This document shows positions 9,821-18,543 of a stretch of 32,000 bases of DNA, one piece after another. The translations under genes and the position numbers were made by a program. Origin of the DNA: Zygophlyctis sp. KS116 (Eukaryota > Fungi > Chytridiomycota); assembly GCA_054661495.1 (NCBI GenBank), contig BAAFSQ010000015.1:1-32000 (forward strand), in the 5' to 3' direction. The notes below the pieces were generated by a model, which saw nothing but the letters and a program-made list of their open reading frames with translations, made no database searches and was not told the DNA's origin. Every line of letters starts with the position of its first letter. Position 1 is the stretch's first letter.

Positions 9821-12301
9821 ATGATTGAGTTTATGTATATTTTATATTCTCTACTGGCACAATTGATATTTTATCAACAAGAGAGAGGATGGTTGTCTAA
9901 TAATGTCTTGATGTTTATCATATTTACCGCTAGATTTGTAATTGCTCTGATTTCTAGAAAGAAAATGCAAACTTCAGGTTTAGTCATTGCTAAATTGATG
10001 GGGCTTGGCGTTTTGAAATGGATGGAAATTCACTTGTTTTTGGAGGCTTTTAAACTAGGAAATGTTTCAGAAATTCATGCATTTTTAATATTAAGAGTTC
10101 CATTCGAAATTATGATTAATGCTCAAAAAAGTTCATTTAGATCTCTTCTTCTTGCATTGGCGGTTCTGATTAGTACATTACTTACTCCTCTGTTGGAAGA
10201 AAAAATTTGGGGTATATACTTTAATGTAGGATTAATGGCTTTAAATATTGCTATTTCAAAGGCTTTCACTCAAATTGCTAATATAGGTTCTGAAATAGGT
10301 TTTTGGGAAAAGGAAGTTTATATTTCTTTGATTGCCTTGTTAATTTCTTTATTTAAGGGATTTAAAGAATTTGATTTTTCTCTTGAACCGTCAATTAATA
10401 GTTATTTAGTGGGTTTTGGGTTTATAGTTTTGGCATTGGTGATAACTACAAGAAAATCAAGTGTAGAAGGGATTAAATTTTTTTCTTGGGCTTCTTCTCT
10501 TTTAATATCTTGTCTAGGATCAATATTGTTTAAGGATTATAATTCTATATTATTCATATTGTCAACACTGGTTGGTCACTTGATTTGGTTTTTTTATATT
10601 TATGATTCTCAAAGAGGGGATTATGATTTACTACCAGTCTCTGCAAAGAATGTTGGAAAGACAAGTGGTTCTGAAGTTAGTTGGAAAAAATGTATTTTTT
10701 TGCTATTTTTGGAAGTTTTGGTTTTTGCAAATGATATGGGAGCTTTTTCAGGCTTTAATGTGTTAAATGGTAGGATAAGCCAGGCTGATCTAGTAGACAG
10801 TGTCACAGCTGCGTTGGAACAAGGGAATCCTCAATCTTTTGTCATTTCTGATGAACACACTACTGCTAAACAAAATGTGGGAAGTGTTGATCGAGAATCT
10901 GGATCTTTTGTCATTTCTGATGAAGAAAGTGCTAAACAAAATGTTGGAAGTGTTGATCGAGAATCTGAATCTTTTATCGATTATAGTCATTGGAAAAGTA
11001 TACTTTCGTCTCCTGATCAGTCCAAATCAAGTAGCTGTAATGCTATGTATGGCTCAGGCCTTATTGAAAGTTATCAAGGATCAAAGACTAATGTCTGCTC
11101 GTCAAAGGATAAGCACGGGACCAATATAAACTGCTTCTACTATCAAGGTAGAAAGGGTGTATCTGGTGTTGATTTTGAGAGCCTCTGTGAAATTAAAAAC
11201 TTTAAATTAGACCTTGATAAAATATCTAAATTTAAATTTCCTCAAAACCAAAAATTGGATTTTTGGGACATGAATTATATTCTCAAATCAACTCTGGGAA
11301 CATGCAAACTCAACACATCATTGATTAAAGATAAAATACATACTGAACAACCGTCTGCATATTTGCTCAACTCATACTCTAATGATGATAATTTGCAATG
11401 CCACGAATATTTCAATAAGACTATCCTTTTCATTAGTAGATGGGACACCACGAATCAGTATCACGCCACAGAAGATTTTTTGCAGGCATGGGTAACCTTA
11501 CTTGTAGCTGGAATAGATCCTCATAATACTATCGTTGTTAGATTAGACACTAAAAATATGGGACCATTTACTTCCTTTTTCAATAATGCATTATCTGGCA
11601 AACCTTTATCAAAAGAAGAGAAAACTGATAAGAATTTGACTCGGGATATCATCAATATAGTGGACTGGGCAAAGACCAGTAAGTTTTCTTGTTTTTCTCG
11701 TGCAGTATTTGGGATTTTTGCTGTACCATCTCCTGTATCCTTTCAAATGTATCACGAACATCCGAATCCTACATCTTGTGGCACACCTGATACTTCAATT
11801 TTCACCTCTTTCAAAGACTTTATGATCAAATCATTTAATTTTGTTCCAGATTCTAAATTAGAGCCTCGAAAAGAAGTTTATTTGACTTATATATCAAGAA
11901 AAGGATTTTTAAGGGAAATTATTAATGAAGATTATATGCTCAAGAAAATATCTGAAACTGTTTGCCAAAGCCAAAAAGATTGCAAATTAAAAATACAGGT
12001 TTACGATTTTCAAAAGCTCACCTTTTATCAACAAATTTCTATAGCTAGAAACTCTGATATATTACTTGGAATGCATGGTGCTGCTTTAACCTCTAGCATA
12101 TATCTTCCTAATTCTTCTACATTAATAGAGATTGGACACCCTTCTAGATCAGGTAACCAACACTTTCAAAATATAGCCCGGTTTATGGGATTGAAATATC
12201 GGATTCTTGATGGAAATGATCTGCTTTCTGATATATCAATAACAGATATATCAAATGCAGTGAATGAAGAAGTAATTCAGAGACTGCGCCTGTCAGCGTA
12301 G
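9821..12301 (+). CDS. Intronless 826-aa fusion: N-terminal multi-TM nucleotide-sugar-transporter/DMT-like region + C-terminal GT61 (EOGT/xylosyltransferase-like) glycosyltransferase
   Basis: About 9-10 hydrophobic segments in the first ~310 aa. The C-terminal part has FISRWDTTNQYHATEDF, YISRK...REIINE, QQI...SDILLGMHGAALT...LP...LIEI and HFQNIARFMG, which are GT61 signature motifs. GT61 is well supported; the transporter identity is inferred. Confidence 0.8.
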   Translation: MIEFMYILYSLLAQLIFYQQERGWLSNNVLMFIIFTARFVIALISRKKMQTSGLVIAKLMGLGVLKWMEIHLFLEAFKLGNVSEIHAFLILRVPFEIMINAQKSSFRSLLLALAVLISTLLTPLLEEKIWGIYFNVGLMALNIAISKAFTQIANIGSEIGFWEKEVYISLIALLISLFKGFKEFDFSLEPSINSYLVGFGFIVLALVITTRKSSVEGIKFFSWASSLLISCLGSILFKDYNSILFILSTLVGHLIWFFYIYDSQRGDYDLLPVSAKNVGKTSGSEVSWKKCIFLLFLEVLVFANDMGAFSGFNVLNGRISQADLVDSVTAALEQGNPQSFVISDEHTTAKQNVGSVDRESGSFVISDEESAKQNVGSVDRESESFIDYSHWKSILSSPDQSKSSSCNAMYGSGLIESYQGSKTNVCSSKDKHGTNINCFYYQGRKGVSGVDFESLCEIKNFKLDLDKISKFKFPQNQKLDFWDMNYILKSTLGTCKLNTSLIKDKIHTEQPSAYLLNSYSNDDNLQCHEYFNKTILFISRWDTTNQYHATEDFLQAWVTLLVAGIDPHNTIVVRLDTKNMGPFTSFFNNALSGKPLSKEEKTDKNLTRDIINIVDWAKTSKFSCFSRAVFGIFAVPSPVSFQMYHEHPNPTSCGTPDTSIFTSFKDFMIKSFNFVPDSKLEPRKEVYLTYISRKGFLREIINEDYMLKKISETVCQSQKDCKLKIQVYDFQKLTFYQQISIARNSDILLGMHGAALTSSIYLPNSSTLIEIGHPSRSGNQHFQNIARFMGLKYRILDGNDLLSDISITDISNAVNEEVIQRLRLSA
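10835..10975 (+). repeat. In-frame tandem duplication (69-nt and 66-nt units) in the stem of the GT61 fusion
   Basis: tcttttgtcatttctgatgaa...gctaaacaaaatgtNggaagtgttgatcgagaatctg starts at 10835 and 10904, with a partial third start at 10970. It encodes SFVISDE(HTT/ES)AKQNVGSVDRES twice. Confidence 0.95.
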
Positions 12302-12370
12302 GCTGGTGCGATTCGAGACCTAATTCGGTGAATCGGTGCCGCAGATCTAATAAACTTCAAATATTTTAGC

Positions 12371-13807
12371 ATGATGAACAATTTGAATCTGAGCAAGTTG
12401 GTTTTTATTCTGTGTTTACTATTTTCTTTAATTTGTTTTTGGCTTCAAAAAATTTCATTTCATCCAAGAGGAAACATCGCTGTAAATGGATTGTCCAGAA
12501 CTATGGCGGCTGGATCAGGAACTGGATATGGATCTAGAAAACGTCAGGGGTATGATGGACCTCAATCATCTTGTTATGAACATTCTATGATGGACTTTAA
12601 ACAGATGCCGAATCTTCATAATTCTGATTTACCTGCGGCGTATATGATTGCACCACCGACTGATCATTTCTCAATAGGAACTTTGTGCATGGGAGTATTT
12701 GTATATATTCCACACATATATGGTAAAAATGCTTCTAGCGGTCTCAAAATTGATGATTATCCTCCTGATTCAATTTATTTTGAAATTATAGGAAAAGATT
12801 TCCAAATTATTCCTAAACTAGATTCAAACTATACTGAAATTGATGTTAAAGATGATGGAGTGTTAAGATACTATTATTTGAATGTGGAATTGAGAGATGG
12901 AGAGATTCAATGACGTATTTTAAAGATCCTGAAGATAGAGTTTGGGTTCCTTACAATTGTCGATATGTTCTAATGTCATATTCAGAGTTTACTTCATGCA
13001 TGTCAAAATCAAATAAGCATCTACATTTTTATGGCGATTCAAACATGAGAAGGGCTTTAAAGGCTATTACAACAGGTGGTGCATGGTGTAATACACTTTA
13101 TGATCCCAATTCGCATGAATGTGAATGTTCAGATCAAGATAGAGTACAAGTTCCATACATGGATGAAAGTCAAACGGTAAATTATTTTGGAAATGTTGCC
13201 GGCTCTTCAGGATTTTCTATTCTTTTCGAAAGAGTAAATGGGTTTCAAAGTCAGCAAGGTTCCTTTGATCAAATTTTGAATGCTTCTCATTTGGCTGAAT
13301 CGTTTAATAAGTTTGGATTGAAAGAGATTAGGAAGCCGGATGCTGTTATTTTCAATTTAGGTACGTTGTTATCACCTTTAATTTCCAAGTTAATTGGGAT
13401 GCCGGATTTAATAAATGGGAAAGCTTTCAGACAAATGTAATCAAGATTGTGGAGTCTATGAAATCTACTTATGATGGAATCCCATTGATATTTAGACCTG
13501 GACAATACTTTGAAGGCCGTAAGATTGTATATTTTAAGTCGTAGATGTGGATACTTCAGTTGGATCTGGGCTCCCACGCAGATACTCAAGACTAAGGGTA
13601 GAAGCCTTTAATCAGTTTGCGATCCGTACATTCCAACAGTTTCTTCCAGATCAAATTAAAATCTGGGATATTGCATTGCTCGGAGAAGCCCAATTACCAA
13701 GTATAAAACGTAAGATTCTTCAATGCAATTCCAACCACATGTTTAGAAATGGAATAGATTTAGAAAATCAAGTACTCTTCAACATACTCTGCTCTCAAAA
13801 GTCTTAA
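12371..13807 (+). CDS. Type II membrane SGNH/PC-esterase-like (TBL/NXPE/CASD1-like) sugar O-acyltransferase or esterase; frame break at about 12900 (possible internal deletion or pseudogene)
   Basis: N-terminal TM, WVPYNCRY, HFYGDSNMRR (GDS motif), NLVNWDA after intron 13361-13389, intron 13519-13544, and C-terminal CNSNH...ENQVLFNILC. The two halves are in different frames around 12880-12913. Confidence 0.7.
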
Positions 13808-13838
13808 ACTAAAATCATAAGTGTTGCGTTTATCATTT

Positions 13839-14808
13839 TCAAGAAATCTTGCTGACTAAATACATTCCAGAAAGCATCCCTGCCCACCATACCAGTATAG
13901 AACTATTCCCATAAAGAAAATACTGTGGTAATAGAGTTACTGCAGGCCCAGGACACAATCCTCCTAACCCCCAACCTAGGTATTAACTTCAAGAATAATT
14001 AACCTAGACCAAACAAGATTGAACCAAAAATCAATTTAAAATCAACAATAGTTTTATGAGGAAAATTCCATTTTGAGCATGATAAAGGAGCCTGTAAAGC
14101 ACTTGTAATATAGTGATGCAAAAGTAAATTTGGTAATAGCCCAGACGCAAAAACAACTCCCAAAGATGGATCAATTACTTTAAATAACTTGAAATCATAC
14201 AATGCCAATGATAAATTTAAGAATCCCAAAACCTTTTCAGGATAAATCATTCCACCAATTGATAATCCAATTGCAAACACCATCCCTACAAACCAACTTA
14301 CAAAAGCCATATGAAACTTTTTAGAATTATAAAATCCTATAATTGCACCAAAGACTGCTACTAGTAGTAAAATTTGATTATTTTTAGAAATATTTATAGA
14401 GTTTTCATACTCTAAAACATTATTTTGTAAATCATTTATAAAAAAACGAGTCATCATTGCAGTCATCATAAATGTCAAAACTGCAAGAATAGATCTTTTA
14501 GAAAGTCTTGCCATCCCACATAACCCATGTCCACTAGTACATCCATTCCCCATTGTAACTCCAAAACCAACCAAAAACCCACTTAAACTATTAACCCATT
14601 GATTCTGATTTAATTTTATTTCTTGCTGAAAGAAACCGACCGCCCACATTCCACACAAGAAACTTATTTGCCAGAGTTGCCTTTTAAAAATCGCATTATT
14701 AACAATTCCAGAGATACCAACAACTCTTCCATAAAAGACACTAAAAGACAAGACACAGAGCGACAGTAAGCTTCCTCCTATAAAAGAATCCCATAAAAAT
14801 GCCTTCAT
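13839..14808 (-). CDS. YeeE/YedE (thiosulfate/sulfur-compound transporter) family membrane protein
   Basis: GRVVGISG, GNGCTSGHGLCGMARLSKRS, FAIGLSIGGMIYPEKVLGFL, and after a ~28-nt intron (about 13976-14003) GWGLGGLCPGP. Confidence 0.9.
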
Positions 14809-14840
14809 CTACTTGATCTATTTACTAGCGGTGGACCACT

Positions 14841-14875
14841 GCCTAGTGCCCAGTGCCCAGCGCCCAGAGCCTAGC
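14841..14875. repeat. 5x heptamer GCC(C/T)AG(T/C/A) in the divergent YeeE/RPS27 promoter region
   Basis: gcctagt gcccagt gcccagc gcccaga gcctagc, a GC-rich patch in AT-rich DNA. Confidence 0.85.
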
Positions 14876-15007
14876 GGTTCTCTTATTACTCCTTATTAGA
14901 GTCTTATTCCTCTAGTGCTAAAGTTAGGCTAATGACTGATGTGGCACCAGGTGAATCAAGTTTCAGTGCTAGGCCATTGCCACCGTTGAATCAAAAAAAA
15001 CGATAAA

Positions 15008-15314
15008 ATGACTGTAAGAACTTTCTTTAATTTCCTAGTTGGCTGTTGATCTCTTAAACCCATCTCCTGCTGCAGAAGCTAGATCACATAAACTTAAACG
15101 ATTAGTTCAATCTCCAAATTCATTTTTTATGGATGTGCGTTGTGCTCAGTGTTTTAACATTACCACAATCTTTTCTCATGCACAAACAGTGGTAACTTGT
15201 AATGGATGTTCAACCGTTCTCTGTCAACCAACAGGCGGTAAAGCTAGATTAACTGGTAATTTTTTTAATTTTAAGTGGTTAGAAGGCTGTTCCTTTAGAA
15301 AGAAGGCATCTTAA
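15008..15314 (+). CDS. RPS27: 40S ribosomal protein S27 (eS27)
   Basis: ATG ACT, intron 15014-15038, then LAVDLLNP...[20 protein letters not shown]...[11 protein letters not shown]...[12 protein letters not shown], intron 15256-15282, then EGCSFRKK. Confidence 0.98.
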
Positions 15315-15332
15315 GAATTTAATTTTCCCCGA

Positions 15333-18300
15333 ATGAGTACAAGTGATGAGTTGCGATACTATTTTACTTCCCTTGAATATGATTATGAGTCTTTTTATGC
15401 TAACCGTCCAGTAATAACTATGACTAAATCTAGTTTTTATTTACATTTCCAAATGCTTCTAGTTTTCAATTAAGTTCAAATGGAAGTTGTAGTTTTAATT
15501 CTACTTTGGATTCTATAACGGTGTCGGCAGGAGGAAGTTTAGATGTGGTTTGTTCTACAGTTGGACTAGTTGTTTTTACAATACTCTCATTATTTGGAAG
15601 AAATACAAGTACAAGTATGTATATTACAATTCATCAAGCTCCATGTTATCAATGGTATTTTGTGGCTTCAAATGCTTTTGAGGAAAATGCAACTACAAAT
15701 TCTAAAAATAATAATGTAAATTTGTTGAGTGATTCTCAATGGTATGCAAGAGCGTGGATTATGGATCTAAATACTGCAAATGAATTAGAATTAAATAATA
15801 CTGCGATAGAACCATCAGATGTAGGATACATTGACTAATTTTAGACTTCTAAACAGTTGACTAGAGGGTACGCGTCGGTGGGACAAGTTCCAGTGATTCA
15901 AGGTTGGGAAAATCTATGTTGTTGGAATGTAGAAATCGATTATTATTCTGAAAAGGCGTATACTTGAAATTACTAAATTTAGATTTTGGAATTTGGGATT
16001 TGAAAATTGGTATCAAGATCAAATTCTTACAGTGACTGGGAATGATGTTACTCTAGTAGGTTGTCAAGTTAAATCAATCCAGCCAAGACTTTATTGGGAA
16101 AAGTTTGATTCAAATTTATTAAAGTCTGCAGTCTCTTTAGCAAATATAGCATCAAATTTCTCAATGTTTACTGAAAAGTGTTACAAGAGTGCTAATATTG
16201 CTTTATCTTCAGTGTATGGGTCTTCTAATTTTGCATTTGCGAATTCAATGGTTTCTAATATGTCAATTTATACAGGATCTCTAAATAGTATTTTATATAG
16301 TGCTGCAATTACAATTAATGGGGTTTTGCTGTTAGGATCTAATGGTTTGGAATTTATGAATAATTCAATCTCAAAAACATTAACTCTAAGTGATTTTCCA
16401 AAAAAATTGCGTTTTGTTGATTACTGTCATTCAAGTAATTTACCAAGCTGGATTTTCTCTGTTGTGACAGCATTTAGTAACACAACTCTGCATATTTCTC
16501 TTGATGGAGGTTATAATTTTGTAAAACAAGTTACATTGAGTCAATTGACTTTTCAAAATAGTGCTAGTGGTGGCTTTATACGTGATGTAACAATACAGCC
16601 TACTTTTAAGAATCTGGCAGTTTTAGTACGTGATGTAACAGGTTTAGATCGTGTTATTACATATGATTTGGAATTTGGGACTATTAAAAATGGATATAAT
16701 TTTACTGGTACAGCAATCGATGCAGGAATTTTAGGTTCTAGTCCTGGACTCAGGGCCTTTTCTTCAGGAGAAATTATTGCATATGGTGACAATCTATTTT
16801 ATAGGTATACCATTTCTTTTTAATTATAGTCCAAATGGAGGCGTGAGCTTTTTCCCATTGGTAGTATCTAAATCAAGCAGTGAATATTTTTCACAAGTAA
16901 CGGATGGTATGGATGGAATATTTGTAGTTCTTACTTCAACCAATAGGTTAGTTTCGATAAGTTACCAACTCAAAGGGTGTTTGTAGGTGATGCAGATATG
17001 ACTTCTCTTACAGAATTGGCAGCAGGGATTCCATATAATGCTGGTATTTTATTCGGTTAATTTCTAGCTGTACATATTGCCTTTGATTTTAAAAATCTGT
17101 TTGTCTATCAGCCGAATGAGTCTGGCCCCCATGTAACTAGGCGCTCAATTCCGATTAAGAATCAGATAATAAGCCCAAAGTATGATTCGTAAAATTTTAA
17201 TGATAGATCTGCTTCTGTAGTGGGAGACACCTGTCCATATTTTAATTTTCAGACAAACTTTACTAGATATTATAATTTAGATATTGGTACCACATTAGTA
17301 GAATTTATCTATAGGAGAATCCGCAAAGTTTTATTTTTCCCTCCTTTTCAGTTCAGAGCTAGAAAACTCGATTGCGGTATTTTTTGGTTATTTACTCTTA
17401 TAGTATGCATTCACCAATCTGAGTTTGATTACTCACTCTCATAACTTTAGTCATATTGGAGGGCCCCCTAGCGTTGCTCAGGCTGGATACGTGGAAATAT
17501 ATCCTGGGAAATCTGCAGAAACAGGAATTGTCGAATTCCGTATGGAGCCGAAACTCTTGAATCTAGCTTGTTCTTCAATGCGCGCTGTAAGATTGCAATT
17601 CCGAATTTATAAAAGTCTGCTACGATCAATGTCGGTTGTCCTCCGTCTAAGACTCTCCACATCATTCCTCCTACTCAGTTTGTGCCTTATCCCCCGACAA
17701 CTCCCAGAATCGATTGGAGTAATTCCCTTGGACACCATGCAGCGCACCCTGCAACAGATTATGATCATCATGAAACACCTACTGCATCTACTGATTGCGA
17801 AAATGCCCCCAGTGTGATAACTCTTAGTCCTGGCTCATGGGTATCAAATTGGTCAGCAGGAACTACTGGTCAGTCGGAGAATGTAAATTTATTGAATAAT
17901 GTTAGGTCATTGCCTACGATTGCTCAAAATATGGTAATCCAATCCGATTATACTATGGTGACCTATTCATGCCCTCTTTTGCCAATTTTAGAGGAGGCGA
18001 ATTTGAGGAATATGTTTACAAAGATATAGCAATCTGGGAAGATTATGGCCAGTCTTCTTTCAGTTTCAATATGACTCAATCTGATGCCGGATGCGTTCAA
18101 GACTCACAATATCTCTCGGATTTTATAACAAATACTACCTCAGATATATCTGAGATTTGGACTCCATCAGTAATTTTTAAACTTAAAATTTAGAATTATG
18201 AAAAGTGCTACGTCGGCAGTAGTCAAACAATTATATCCACAAAGGCATATCCGCTATTGAATGGCACGAATCACAATTCTATCAGATGGGCTGGAGGAAG

Positions 18301-18542
18301 GAATGGATACTACCTATTTTCGGCCCGCGTCATGGATCCTGAACATAGGTATTTTTAAAAACAGTAATGACAGTTTTTGTACTCTTACAGCACATTTTGC
18401 AGTCGAGGTGTATGGTGCTCCACTTTATGCTGGATATCAAGCCGCGATTGTGATAGGAATGATGATAGTGGTTGTAAGCATCCTAGCTGTTTCATACTAT
18501 ATTCAAAGATCAAAACTAGCAAAAAAACAAAAAAATGAATAA
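15333..18542 (+). CDS. CATSPERE: CatSper channel auxiliary subunit epsilon homologue (~950 aa, ~13 short introns, single C-terminal TM)
   Basis: The hand-spliced frame is open throughout and contains, in order: LRYY, CSTVG, PCYQWY, RAWIMDLNTANELELNNTAIEPS-TSKQLTRGYASVGQVP, TCPYFNF..YYNLDIGE, INVGCPP, YDCSKYGNPIRLYY, IAIWEDYGQSSFSFNMTQSDAGC, WTPSNYEKC, YPLLNGTNHNSIRW..GRNGYYLFSARVMDPEHSFCTLTAHFAVEVYG, then TM and a basic tail. These are collinear with motifs I recall from mammalian CATSPERE. Confidence 0.85.
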
Positions 18543-18543
18543 T

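Noticed and set aside
10835-10975. Repeat considered as a CRISPR-like array
   Set aside because: In-frame coding tandem duplication with no unique spacers, in a eukaryotic context.
12285-12345. GC-rich stretch after the GT61 stop, considered as a tRNA or ncRNA
   Set aside because: No cloverleaf or convincing A/B boxes; only a 4-bp stem.
13839-14808. YeeE/YedE (and CutC) as recent bacterial horizontal transfers or contamination
   Set aside because: Both contain host-type short introns and match local composition, and both families are known in eukaryotes.
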